Numbered from the stretch's first letter, positions 1 through 13,264 are shown. The stretch: 64,000 bases of DNA from Azolla caroliniana (GCA_043228905.1 JBHGNT010000071.1:57589-121588), one strand, 5' to 3'. The notes: a model not told the origin generated them from the letters alone. Translations and numbers: made by a program.

Positions 1-1
1 G

Positions 2-646
2 ACATTCCACGATTTCAAGAAGGAAAGAGAGGAAAAGGATGTAATGTCTGGCCAAATATGGGCAGCCTACGATGACATTGAAAGCCTACCAAGATACTAT
101 TTTAAAGTGAAAGAAATACACTCTCGGGATCCTTTTAAGGCCAACATCACATGGCTTGATCTAAGAAATATGAGTGTAGAACAAAGGGCACTGAAGGAGC
201 GTGGTTATCATCCAGTGTGTGGAGCTAATTTTCGAGGCTCCTCTTCTCAAATTGTCAACTCAGTTGATATCTTTTCGCATGTTATTAACTGGGAGAAGGG
301 TCCTAAAGGGACGATTAAGATCTACCCAACAAAAGGAGAGGTTTGGGCAATATATAGGGGCCGCAAATCGGGTATTCTTTCAAAGAGAAAGTCATCATCT
401 TTTATGTATGATATAGTAGAAATAGTGGGCAGTTATGATGAGCAAACAGGGGTGACAATTGCTTATCTAGTGAAATTGTTTCATTATAAATCTGTGTTCA
501 AGTCCTCCAAAGTCATATCTAGTATACCGGCAGAGGAGTTTTACAGTTTTTCTTACCAAGTTCCGGCACATAGGCTGAAAGGAAACGAAGCCCCAGGTAT
601 CGAGGAGGGGTTTTGGGAGCTCGATCCGGCTTCACTTCCGAGATAA
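2..646 (+). CDS. 3' end of a DUF3444-domain protein (family usually carrying an N-terminal DnaJ domain); 5' part lies outside the window
   Basis: Frame open from nt 2 (TFHDFKKER...GQIWAAYDDIESLPRYY...FSH...IYPTKGEVWAIY...FSYQVPA...WELDPASLP*). These are the hallmark DUF3444 motifs; stop at 644-646. Confidence 0.9.
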   Translation, partial: TFHDFKKEREEKDVMSGQIWAAYDDIESLPRYYFKVKEIHSRDPFKANITWLDLRNMSVEQRALKERGYHPVCGANFRGSSSQIVNSVDIFSHVINWEKGPKGTIKIYPTKGEVWAIYRGRKSGILSKRKSSSFMYDIVEIVGSYDEQTGVTIAYLVKLFHYKSVFKSSKVISSIPAEEFYSFSYQVPAHRLKGNEAPGIEEGFWELDPASLPR

Positions 647-3332
647 AGAGTTCTTTTATTTTCCTCACAATTCAGATGTAAAATCAAAGAGATGTAATCC
701 ATCCACATAATGGGTTGGTTAGAATCTTCAATGTATATTAGTGTTTTGGGCTAAAACAAAACAGTTTTTTTATGTAAATATGCACTTCGGGAAGGTGAGA
801 TTGAGGCTGACATTCATTGATTAACTGTTGCCTGCAATAGAGGTCAATCTTGAGTGCATATGGAAAAACAAAAAAACACATTGATATGGGAGCCCATGAT
901 ATTATTGATTCTGCTTTCAATATGAGGTGTGCAAAAATATCCATGTTGAGGTTACAAACTCTTTGAAAGAAGGATCTTTCTTGTGGTGTAAAAATCGAGT
1001 TTTTATGGTCTTTCTTGTGGTGTAAAAATCAGTATGCTGGATTGGGCTGCATGTCTTTTAAGGAATGTGGAAATCAACTTTAGAGGTAGAAAAGATGATT
1101 GTTTCTAATGCAGTAAAGTATTGCAAAATGCTTTATTATGTAAAATATCTAATGGAATGTTAGAAACACCCGACCACACTTTTTTAACTTAAAACCTTTT
1201 AATGTTATATATATATCACATAGTTGAGGCTATCTTCGGTGTACAAAGATAATGAGGTCACATCATTTTATGTTTGGTATATATATTTTCATAGTAACCA
1301 TTTTGTTTATTGGAAATGTTATAACATTGTAATTTTATAAAATTTGAGATCAGCTCAATTGGCATTGTCTGTAGTACAAACTCCTCATATATGCCATTAT
1401 TAATGAGTGATTCTCTTCCAGTATAAACATTTGTAATTGAAAATAAAAGAATAATAGGTATGTCAATGTTAACCGAAATGCTTGCAATCAAGTCAACTAC
1501 ATATTATGTCAAATTAAACCTAGTTAATTACATGATTAGTTAATTAATTTGAGGATGTGTAATCATACTAGAGAGCAACACTTCTATGTTCTAGCTTTGG
1601 TTCATTCCAATTTTCCTTTCCACACCTTTCTAAAGATGGGCTTGTGTTACTAAATCTCATGCACTTCAACAACATGAACTGCAACAAAAACATGTGGTCC
1701 AACCAAGGAAAGAGTAAACACAATTCTTAGTTCCCATTCTAGTTAGGAAGCATCTTGAGGTCTTGAGTTTGTACATACGCTGGAAAGAATGTGTACATTA
1801 CACATTAGGGCATGGTTCCACATCAAGAAAAACATCTAGTGGTTTTAAAATTAAGTTGGACTTTCATTGAAGATTTCAGTACCTACTATTGTAGTTGTCG
1901 TCATACTTGGCATCCAAAACTATTGTGCTCATGGAGTTTGGGAACTCAACTTAAGGAACCTTATTTCAGAAATTGTGTTATTACTCAATATACATCTTAA
2001 GCATTTGTTTCCACAACAAGAGGTATACTTGTTAGTTGTACAACTTACTGAATACAAATGGTTTAGTTTTGAACAATGAACTCGGGGATAATAAATGGAG
2101 GTCTATGATTCATGTATGCAATGTATGTCTGATGTTAAATATTGCAAATACCTTATATTAAGTGCTAACGTAAACCACTTTCTCAACCAATAGAAGTTCG
2201 AACTAATTTGTATTCAGTGAACTAATCTCTAATATACACATTAATGCAAACCACAAACATTCTAAATACAAGCATGATAAAGACCTTAACATACCAAAGG
2301 TGCAATATTCTAATATCTACCAAAACCACAATGTTCAGATCCTACCTTAACCAAAACTAAAAAAACTCGTGTCCATGAAAAATACAAACTGCATTTCAAA
2401 CAATGCCATATTTGACCCCATTAGCATGCATGTCTAAATTTATGCATAAAGCTAGTATGTTTAATCAGACAATATAAAATATTTGAAGTAGTCGCCATAG
2501 AGAATATTTAACTACATACCATTCTGGAACAACCCTTCATAATTGCTTCATGGTCAAAAATCTTGCCAGTTGATGATATCAATGATTAAAAAATACAAAT
2601 TATTGGAACTTAAACAAAAAGTAAATTTATAAACTATATTATGGATTCTAGATGCTTCCACGGTCATCATAAAGGGAAAATAATCAAATAATTATATAAA
2701 TTTTACAGGTCAACCGATGACAGAGAAGTCCGACTATATGTACAAAAAAGAGGAGAGGTTATTGGTCTAGACGATTGTCTTAGCCAACTTGTTCCATGAC
2801 AAGCAGCAGAGTTCAGACATCTATTTCTCTTCCTCGCCCATGACAAATCCATCACAACCAAGATGTACTACTTAAATGGAATAATCAACTTCTTTTTGAA
2901 ACCACAAAGAACCAAAAATTGATGTATGATTGATCATTTATACTACAAAACATTCAAGGATGGAAGCCAGTAACAATACAACTTCATATGGAATCTTCAG
3001 GAATAAAAAACTTGATACATGTTATCCTTTATACTTCAACACATTCAAGGTTGGAAAAACATGAAAACCATACAAATTCATGGGAAGCATTTTGTTGCAA
3101 TGGCATTTTCCAAATGTTTAAAATGAAGAAAACTCACAGAAATAGGCTCAAAAGGATTTTAGTTTTACAGGTTTTCCAAATAAGGATTTAGCTTTCTTAG
3201 TTTGAGAGGCTGTATTCTGAAATATATCAATCTGCAACAATTCCGAAGTCACAAAAGCCTCATTAGAAAACCAGCCTCTCATAACTTTTTTTTGTACATC
3301 ATACGAGGCCACATCTAAGCTTTAACCTCCAC

Positions 3333-3407
3333 CTTTTGGAAATATATATGAGTTGATCTTTTGGAAATATATATGAGTTGATCTTTTGGAAACATATATG
3401 AGTTTAT
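3333..3407. repeat. 25-bp tandem repeat, 3 copies (CTTTTGGAAATATATATGAGTTGAT)
   Basis: Copies start at 3333, 3358 and 3383; the third has 2 mismatches. Confidence 0.9.
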
Positions 3408-3477
3408 CTGTGTAGTTATGTTGGTGTACTCGTAAACCCCAGCAATAAATCACTACCAACGTTGTTGTGTTGGCACT

Positions 3478-5686
3478 TCAGCCATCTAGTTCTTTTCTTG
3501 CAAACTTGTATTCAGGATAGTAACTAGCAATGACTATATTGCCAGCAAACTTCCTCTGATGTAGAGAATTCTTAGCTTTGCTTGACCCATAAGTATTTGA
3601 ATACTCAACAAAAGCCTGGCATATTAATGCAATATCAAATAACCAGAACACAAATAAGTGTTTTAATCAAAAAAATTGAGTGCAATGCCATAAAAAATAC
3701 AGCCTACTTTCTTGGATATTCACCCTAATAGGCATGTGTTTCCTAAATATACCATCTCTAGTGTAAGAGGGGTATTCTAATAACTTTTGAAAATTTAGAA
3801 TATTGTCATAAACATATAACAAGGTATGTGTTTCCCCTTAACATTATTCTACGACAAAAGTACCTTCCCAAGTCCAGGAACATGCCCTCCAGTTGACAGT
3901 GGACGAGGAATATTAAGATTGGTGACAGTTCCTTCAGAACAGATAAGATGAATTATCAGTAAACCAAAGACCAAATAATAGGAACATGAATATTCTTGTA
4001 CCTAGTACTTACCAAATTTACCGCATTCTTCTTTTATAACCTCACAAATGTCTTCATATTCTTGGTGAGGCAGTGGTAGTAAATCTTGAACACATTCTCT
4101 AACAACATAGCTTTAGGTAAAGGAACTCTTACAAAGACAAGCTTATCTATAATCTTGACATGAGATCTATATGTAGATAACAGCTTTAAAATACAGAGAA
4201 AACACACCTGATTCAAACAGAAAACCTTCGTTGGAACTTCTGGAGCTCCATTTATCACGCCCCTCAAACCTTGGAAACCAACAAAAGAAGCTGCACCTCC
4301 AGTTTGTAAAACCCGTTTCTGCAAGTCTTTGAGAAATTATCAGAATAATGGGCCTAAAAAATAACAGAAATAACCTTTCCTGCTTTTAGTTGCTGCTTTC
4401 CCTTTATAAAAAAATGAGAAAAAATAACCTGCATCGCTATTTGCTGCCAATCGTGGAAGAGGATGTCTGATTGATCTGTTTTTAGTTGAGCACTGGATGA
4501 TTCAAATCTACATCAACGAAAACATGAGATTCCACGATCAATGCTAGAATGGACCAAACTCATACCTTGCATTGGTACGCCTAACTGTTAGAGATTTATC
4601 TCCCATTTTCAGGCCATTTTAGGCAGTACAAGCAACATCTGTGACTGCTTTGTCCTGATGGAGCCCAAAAATGTCGGTATTTCCACACCTTTACTTTGCA
4701 AGTGAGAAGTATCTACTTAATAGTTATGGTCACCTGATAAACACAATAACCTTTTGAGTTCCCAGTCTCCCAATCTTTAACAAGGTCAAAACCACAAAGG
4801 CCTACATGAAAAAGAAAACTTTGATATTCTTTCAGAAAATAAATTCTACCAACATTTTAAGATAAAATTGAGAAAGGTGATCAAATAAGTGAAATATACC
4901 CAAATGATTCCAGTAATCCTCTTATCTGGGCTTCAGTTAGATAATAAGGAAGTCCACCAACAAAGACTTTATCGGGTCCATCTGCACTACTAGATGTACT
5001 GCATGCACCAAATAATTAAGCAAAAACCATGCAAGAATACAATGAATTATAATGTTCAGTCTCCTCAAAAGTTACCCAGCTGACAGCCCAACAGCAGCAA
5101 GATTATAGTCACTTGGACCCGATGTAGCAGCAATTATAGTCACTTGGACCCGATGTGGCAGCAATTATAGTCACTTGGCCTTTGGACTCTTACCGTCTGA
5201 CACTGAACCAGAAAAACAAAAATAATTCAAACAAAATAATTGAATTGGCATTCACCATTTCATTCCACTTCACGTCAATTACCTCAAATACTATGCCATC
5301 CAATGACATGGTATTACTTGCTTCCTCTACAGTACGCATCTCCACAAATGCAAATTTCTTCTCATGGTTAATATAAACATTAACAACTGCATCACCTGGA
5401 ACAATGTATTGGCAAACAAAATCAGCTATATTACAAGCACAGAAAAGTGATATTTTGCCTGTACATGGCTAGAGTAATACCTGGCCCAGCAGAATTTCGA
5501 CCAATTGCAGCCATCACTTAGCTGAAAAATGTTGCTATAGTCTACAGATGAAACAGGTAGTACACATCCCTTAAGCCTTCATGCCCCAAATAGAAATTAA
5601 GTCAAGATTAAACACAGAGTCAAAAAAACTACCTGTTCATTGGCAAACGCAGACAAGCCTCCTACATAAACCCGTTGAGCATGCCT
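3478..5686 (-). pseudogene. U2AF65: Intron-containing pseudogene of splicing factor U2AF large subunit (RRM1, RRM2 and UHM exons; RS-domain 5' exons not seen)
   Basis: About 12 GT-AG exons translate to RHAQRVYVGGL, TIATFFS*VMAAIG, GDAVVNVYINHEKKFAFVEMRTVEEASN, GPDKVFVGGLPYYLTEAQI, GFDLVKDWETGNSKGY, DVACTA*NGLKMGDKSLTVRR, PTKVFCLNQ, EECGKFG, IPRP..PGLGK, AFVEYS..RKFAGNIVIASYYPE. In-frame TAA at 5518-5520 and 4619-4621, a 31-bp exonic triplication and small deletions. Confidence 0.92.
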
Positions 5687-5989
5687 TCAGCAGCACAGAA
5701 AGTATTGGATCTTCAACACAACTTTATTTCACAGAACATCTCTACTTGATTTTCAACAATCAATTGAGAAAGATGATTTACAACGCTACAATCTAGAAAG
5801 TGTCCTAACAATTTTGCAATAACAAAAAGAAGAGATTTTCGGACAATATCACAAGTCCATCCTTTTCATCCCAATGTGCATGAGAACCTCAAAGGCACAA
5901 AGCCCCACCCAAAGACGAGACAGTGCAATTGCAAACTGAACTGGACAGCATATGCACAAAAGAAGCTGATACAAATCTGTAAAGAAAAC

Positions 5990-6250
5990 CACAGAAAATA
6001 TGTACTAGATGTGCAAGACTTGAAGGCATCACTTTCTCTTCGTTCAATGACTGAATTGTCCAACGGCTGTTAATTTTTTCAGGCACTGCTGTTGTATTCC
6101 TATATAATAATCAGCCTACAGAAATATGTATTAGATGTGTAAGACTTGAAGGCATCACTTTCTCTTCATTTTCATTCAATGACTCAATTGTCCGATGGCT
6201 GTCAATTTTTTTCAGACACTGCTGTTGTAATCCTATATAATAATCTGCCT
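5990..6250. repeat. Tandem duplication of about 130 bp, 2 diverged copies
   Basis: ACAGAAA(A)TATGTA.TAGATGTG.AAGACTTGAAGGCATCACTTTCTCTTC...CCTATATAATAATC.GCCT occurs at about 5990 and about 6118. Confidence 0.9.
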
Positions 6251-6540
6251 AAACTGTTTCTGTTGTGGCGCTTCCCGGATTCTCCTTTTCTGATTCCACA
6301 TTGCACATCTGTTCTGCCCTTTTCAGTTATGCCTGTTGAGCCCTTTGGATTTTTGTTGGACCCTCAGTGTCCAATCATGAACCTCCACACCCAAACCTCC
6401 AGCCCCTTATGGAATACACTCTTGTGTAAACGTCCTACACTCCAAGCTAATGCACCGAGACAAGCAGCCCATTAAGGAATTCACCTAGCGTATCAGTCTA
6501 TGAACGAGCTTCACTAAATCCAACAATATACATTGATTCT

Positions 6541-6979
6541 TGTTAACAACACATGAGTGACATGGTTATCATGCATCACATGTAATGCATGCGCGCCAAA
6601 TGGCAAACATGCATGTCTTGCACCCTCACATGCATCATATGCATGGGGGCATCTATAAAAGACTGGAGGAAAAAGAAAAACGGGAATCAATCAATTGATC
6701 AAGCAAGTTATGTAATGAATCAAGAAAAGAATAATAATAATAAACTAGTTATCCTTTTGGTGATGTATCTTGTCCCTCAAAAATTGAAGTCAAGGAATCA
6801 AAATCTCGCTCTTAATCTGTTTCTGAATTAGAATCTCTCTCTCTCTCTCTCTCTTTGTATCTATCTTAAATACTTTCTCACTAAAGCTAGTACAACCTTC
6901 GAATCCTTCCGGTCCAGGACCTCGGTGGTCCTGCTTCATTTCGCAAACACGTGAGGATTTCCTCGACAGCGTGACAACA
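6541..6979 (+). mobile_element. Probable solo LTR
   Basis: TGTT...AACA termini, TATA (CTATAAAAG, about 6653), AATAAA (about 6738) and a CT tract. It abuts the LINE fragment at 6980. No clean target-site duplication was found. Confidence 0.55.
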
Positions 6980-8135
6980 TTTCAAGAGCTTTATTTGACC
7001 ATAGGAGCAAAGGAAGATAATAAGATACCATAAAGACCATAATCGATTGGACCACCTTAAGTCGTACATGAAAAGGCCAAAATTGACACCTCCAATACAT
7101 AAACTTATCCTCCAACCTTTTGGATACCCACTTAATAAGTTTCACATAAAAAACTTCCACATCAATTGGATATCCAAAGTGACGACAAATCATACCACGA
7201 TGTACTATCCTTCCTGACCACCTCAACCCTAACACATCTTGTTTTGTCCCTAAAATGAGGACAAATTTATGCATATTAATTCTCAACCCTTAAGTATTTG
7301 AAAACAATTCCCACACATTTCTTGTCTTACTAATATTTTCCCGATTAGGTGCCAAAAACATAATATGGTCATTTGTGAGAGGTTGAACAATACATGGCTT
7401 CCCTGATAGCAACCTTAGTCCAAGCAATTCTTCCTCCATAGCCATATTGTGTAACTTAACAAGAATAGGATGTCTCACAATAATGAATAGTAAAGGACTT
7501 ACTGGGCACCCTTGTCTAATTGACCTCCGAATAGAAATCAGTTGTGTTACTCCTCCATTAAACATCACATGTGAAAACGAAACATCCCCTAATGCGTATA
7601 TCAACTTAGACATACGATCATCAAAACCCATATGAGACATCAACTAATTTATAAATGACCAATCCACATTATCATAGGATTTCTTGATATCCAATTGTAG
7701 CAACAATAATTCTTGTTTAGACTCATTTGCATAGTCAATTTCTATTTGAACATTTAAAATATTATGTAAAATGTCTCTTTTTGCGAAGAACCCATGTTGA
7801 GCATTATCAATAATAGAAGGTAAAACCTTATGCAACCTATTGGCCATCATTTTTGCAAAAATCTTGTACATTCCCCCAACCAATGAAATAGGCCTCTATT
7901 GAGCAAAGGAAGATGGAGAAGACACCTTTGGCAAAAGCTTTATCAAACCAATCTTCCAAGAATGGCACATTTCCCCTAATGTCCACACCTTCTAAAATAA
8001 AACTGTAAAATGCCCCTTTAACTTAATCACATATTTCTTAAGGAGTTCATGTGTTAATCCATCCCACCCATAACTCTTATCATTAACAAGATGTGACATG
8101 ACATGTTCCACCTCATCCTCTGAAATATGTTTGAA
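6980..8135 (-). mobile_element. L1-type LINE, degenerate reverse-transcriptase segment (inverted 5' part of element A)
   Basis: KSYGWDGL, YKIFAKMMANRL, QHGF, LLQLDIKKSYDNVDW, RSIRQGCPVSPLLF, RHFGYPI, SYYLPLLLW across several frames with stops and frameshifts. Confidence 0.9.
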
Positions 8136-9300
8136 GGTGTACAACCTTGGACATAAATGGTGGTGTACTTTATAGAGAAGAACGGAATTAAGCTTGGAAA
8201 CATGAACATTGAAGCTAATTGGTGGAATGTAATTAATTCTGACAGGGATGTCAAATGTGTAGGGTCTATGATAGTTAATCATTTGTTGACATCTTGGCAA
8301 AGTACGTTGGATTTTCCTAACCTTCAATTTAATCAGATGGTTAGATTGGGTTTGGTAACAATTAAGGATGCTATGTTGGAGTCACAAAGAAGATTAATGG
8401 CTTTTTGAACAATAAGATCAACCTTTCATATTCCAAAAGGTTATACCTTTATTTGGGATAAGTTGCAACAAATACTATCTTCGTATGAGTCAATTCCTGA
8501 CTTAGATGGGCGATCTCAAGAGCTTGATTGGAGGTTTGTTGGAAATAAGAGATTGACTATGATCTGAACAAATGTTGCTTATCACAAGTTGATTGATAAA
8601 CATAAGTGGTTGGAAGAACGGGTTATAAAGATATGGGGTTTTCGTAAGCCCATTACTTGGTGCCTTCATGTGATCAATGCAGGTTGGTCTTCTCGATTGA
8701 TGCTACAAGCCAAGGTATTTATTTGAAGAGTTATGGTTGGAGTTTTACCATTGGGGGATGCATTAAAAAAAAGAAACATTACTAGAGGATCGAATTTCTT
8801 TTGTTTTGTAGAATTGGAATATAGTAGGCATCGATTTATTTCATGCCCGATGGTAATGATGGTTTGGAGGCGTATCAATTTAGTGTGGATGTCTCTAACT
8901 GGAGTAAGCTTATCTTCCTTCAGTTGGGTTTTTGCACTTATGAAGAACAATGAACCAATGCCTCATTTTCAAATGATTTTTGAGTTCTTGAGGTATTGGG
9001 GGCTATGGTTCAATTGGAATATGCGGAATGCCTTCATTTTTTATTCGCAAGTTGGGCTGAGAAAATATGTTCTAAAGTTAAAATGAATTCTTTTGCGGCA
9101 AATGACAGTGCTAGAGAAGTCACGAAATCGCAACCATGAAGAGAGAGAACTCTTCAAGGTCACATATCATCATATTCGCCAAAGATCTTTAGCATAGGTT
9201 GATCCAGAATGGAAATGTCACTGAAGCGAGGGAAGAACCTGCGAATCCTCTACCTTCTTGGTGTTCTCGTAGTTGAGCAGGTTGCAATGTTTTACAATTT
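8136..9300 (+). mobile_element. L1-type LINE, 3' ORF2 segment with zf-RVT-like region (non-inverted 3' part of element A)
   Basis: QPWT*MVVYFIEK...WWNVINS...KVFI*RVMVGVLPLGDAL...FCFVELEYSRHRFISCP...WNMRNAFIF, the post-RT C-terminal region of plant L1 ORF2; degenerate. Confidence 0.8.
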
Positions 9301-9309
9301 TAACCAGTA

Positions 9310-12300
9310 CATTTCGAGAGCAGGCTGCAATATGCATGGTTTTTGCATGTCACGCATAAACAAAATATACATCAGTCCGGCACTAGAAAAATTTGGAACC
9401 AATGTTGAAATCATTGCAGGGTCAGCCTACTCTGATCATATGCCGATTAAGATAACGCTAGAAACGCAGAGGAGACCACCAAGGGACTGCAATGTGAGGA
9501 TCAACAAAAAACTTTTTGAGGATGTGGAGGTGAGTAGAAATATAAGGCGTATATGGGAAAGAAATTTGGTTGGATGTGGCGCACTTGATAAACTTCGAGG
9601 GAAGATTATCGAAACGTCAACTTATCTCCATAAGGCGACGAAAAGTAGGATTACGAGGTCTAAGGAGGAAGAAATGTGTTTAAGGAGATCAATAGCGGCT
9701 GCCCAAAGGCTACTACAGAAAGATCCCTGATGCCAATGGTCTAGGGCAAGCCTCAAGGCTGCCAGAGAAACCTTGCAATGCTTGATTGATTGCATCCAGA
9801 AATACGATGTTATTTAGGAGTTCGGCTGCATGCTGGAGCAAAAATGGGGATAAGGTGAATAAACAATTTTTCATGCATAAACAACCTAGAACAAACTATA
9901 GCTACAATCCGAAGCTGGTTAAGGAAGATGACTCTATCCCGAAGGATATTTCAGAGATCTTGGAGGCAGTCACCTCAAACTATCATGAGTTGCTTTCGGA
10001 TAGTTACAATAGCCCCGAACAACCTCCTATGATAGAATATGTGCTTGAGGGAATGCAACATAAAATTTCAAATGCGGCACAAGCTAATTTGGTGAGGCCT
10101 CTCTTGGAGGAGGAGGTGGCTGATGCTTTGGCAAGTATTTGTAGAACGTCCTGCCCAGGCTCCGATGGGTTATCAAGAGATTTTTTCGAAATTTTTTGGG
10201 ACATAATCAAGGTAGATTTGGTTGATGGGCTAAAGGAGGCATGGGATGTTGGGTACTTACCTGAGCAATTTCAAGAGGGGATGATATTTCTAATTCCTAA
10301 GGTACAAGTTGTAACAACTGATGCAAGGCAATGGAGACCAATCACGCTGCTAAACACAAGATAAAAGATATTTGCTAATATACTAGCCAAGAGGGTAAAA
10401 CCCTACTTGCAAGAACTAATCCATGTTGGACAAACAGGGTTCATGGAAAACAGATGCATAATTGATAATGTGTTGACATTTTGGGAGGCGATTGCCTTGG
10501 CAAAGAAAACCAATCAACACATTGCTTGTCTCATGCTTGACTTTGAGAAGGCATATGACAGAGTTCAGTGGCCTTTTTTAGATAAAGTCATGGAAAGGTT
10601 GGGTCTACCTTTAAAATGCCGATCAATTACGCTAGCCCTTTACAAAGGAAGTTCGAGTAGGGTGTTAGTGACAGGGCATCGTGGCCCATCGATTCCATTA
10701 CGTAGGTCTGTTAGACAGGGGTGCCCGTTGGCCCCTTATCTTTTTTTATTTATTACAGAAGCATTCTCTTTCTTTTTGAACAGATCGGATGCAGGAATAA
10801 GAGGTTTAGCTATCCCACATGTGAGTAAGGAGTTGCTGGACTCTGAGTATGCAGACGACACTATGCTTTACTTGCAAGGGAATGATGCTAATTTACAGAA
10901 GGCGGAAGGACGGATTGAGTGGTTTTGCAATGCATCAGGGGGGAAAATTAACTGGAACAAAAGTAGAGGATTCTGGGTAAGTTCAAACCCACGACCGCTA
11001 TGGTGTCCCAACGTTGATTTTCAATGGGTCCCCAATGGCATGGCTGTTAAGTATTTGGGTTTTTTGGTGGGAGTTGAGACACCAAAAAATCAGCAGCTTG
11101 AGCAGGTCAAAGACAAAATTAGAAAAAAGCTTCAGTTGTGGGCATCAGTAAAGCTCTCCCTTGTTGGTAGGGTTGTGGTGGTGAACCATATTTTGTTGGC
11201 CACCATGTGGCATTCAGTGGCATGTTGGATGTTAGACAAAGCCTGCATAAAAAATATTAAGGCAATGGTGAGAGGCTTCTTGTGGTCGGGTAGAGACAAT
11301 GAAAAGGCATCAGCTAAAGTGGCGTGGGGTTGTTTAGTTAAGACAAAGAATGAGGGAGGACTTGGACTGGTGGATCCGGTTCACCAAAGTAAGGCTCTAC
11401 TTGGTAAGCTTTTAGTGCGAAGTTTGCAACCCGGACCAAAATTGTGGAAGGTGCTCCTTAGGAATAGAGTTTACCTTTGGTGTCCCAGGAATGGTGGTCC
11501 TTGGCAGGCAAATACATGGTGGTTGTTCAGCCCAGCTCTAAAGTTGAAAGAACCGGCTAGCATGGAGGATAGAGTGGTTCGCGCCATAATGAAGGCATGG
11601 TCAAGTTTAAGAGAAGGGTTAGTCTTAATGCAACCAAAAACACTAGATGAACAACTACGACAACCGTTGTTTTGGAACCCTAGGATTAGAAGTGAAGATG
11701 GTAAGATGCTTGGACAACAAAAGTACTTGCCTTGGGGGAAGATGTTAGGGTACAAGATTCAGTCGGCACACGATTGGGAGGTTTTCAGCATGAAGAGGCG
11801 GACAAGTCATACTGTTAATTGTAGGATTATTGGAAGACTAGCGAAGGTAATCCAACTGATAGATGGGGTTGTTGATGGATTGGATAAGCTGCCTGCGGAA
11901 GAGACAGTTTGGTCGGGCTGGTTTGTAGGTGAGGGTGACGCACAACTTATCCGTGGTAGGTGCTCAACTAGCGAGGATCGTTTGTGGGGTAACCGAAGTT
12001 CTTTGACAGATGATGGTAGGTGGATGGCAGTGCGGGTGGCAGTGTTGGAGGGTAAGTGGTGGCAATTGAACCCAGACCCTAAGACCCTGGATCATGATTG
12101 TAAAATATGGCTTTACGATAATAAGCCCTTATATGATTTGGAGTGGGACCCATTGGAGGTTTGGTGGCAGACACCAGGAACAAAAAACTTTTTCAAGTTT
12201 TTTGAATACAATACCAAGCTAGGAAGACGAATCGTTGGCTCCAAAACCGTGGATGTTGGAATGATTCGCAACAGTTGGAAGGATAAAGGCATTTCAAATG

Positions 12301-13264
12301 ACGATTTGAAGTCGGTTTGGAGGAGACTATGGGCATTGGATATGCCAGAAAAAATTAAGGCTTGGTGGTGGCTTCTTAGCCACAAGGCGGTACCTGTAGG
12401 CGAGTGGTTGAGCTCCCGTGGTGTTGAGGCTAGTTGTAAGTTATGTGGACAGGCTTTGGAATCAATCTCTCACTGTTTTTGGAATTGTACAGAGGCGATT
12501 AGCATTTGGAGTAGAAGCCTTTGAATTGTGGCAGCCTGTGGTGTGAAAGGGAATGTTGTGTGGGGCTCAATACAAGGGTTGTCCTTAAAAGGGGAAAGCT
12601 GGAGTGAACAGTTAACCCACAAGGACATGGATTTATAGTGCAGGGCGGTAGCGTGTTCCAAGGTGATGGTGTGAGGCCAGGCACAAATTCTGAAATTTTT
12701 GAGGAGATTTGGCTTATGGTGGCCTGTTTGACAGCCTGGCACATCTGGATCAGATGTTGTAAGGTTGTTTTTCAGCAGCAAAAGATCTCATGCGGGGAGA
12801 TGATGTTAAATATCTAGTTTGATCTTGTGGCTTGGTTGCACGGTCGGTATGATTCGATTCAAGGGGATTCAGAAGAAGCAGAAAGGGCAAGGTCAAAGTT
12901 CTTGCTGAAATGGAAGAGCTCTCCCATGCTAGTCAAATCTTCATCCAGGCCTAAGTGGAATTACCAAGCACCTAGGTGGTTGTTTCCACCAATGGCTCCC
13001 AATATTGTACATGGGTTGTAATTATGTATGTATAGCTGACACAAACGTGTGTCAGGGAGTTGTAGAGTAGGGGTAAAATAGGGTTTAATTCAATTTTGCT
13101 TGAGTTAAGGATCGGTTGAGTTTTTTTTGTTGTTTTTGGTTGATAGTTTTGGAGTTGTTTCTCCAAGTTGTATATGTTGATCCCATTGTGGATTTGGATA
13201 AACTTTGTTGTATTCTATTTGCTAACTAATGCGAAGTAGTGGTTTTTTTTTTTGGAAAAAAAAA
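9310..13264 (+). mobile_element. 5'-truncated L1-type LINE (element B): end of endonuclease, RT, zf-RVT, 3' UTR and short A-tail
   Basis: SRINKIY..SDHMPI (APE end), CPGSDG, WRPITLLN, QTGF, LDFEKAYDRV, RQGCPLAPYLF, YADD, KYLG, GGLGL, CKLC..ESISHCFWNC. In-frame stops at 9728, 10362 and 12522, frameshifts near 9800 and 12610, GT-rich 3' UTR, A9 at 13256-13264. Confidence 0.95.

Noticed and set aside
6260-6480. Extra LINE zf-RVT remnant on the minus strand (LEVWVWRFMIG)
   Set aside because: One short motif only; the Cys/His pattern is not recoverable.
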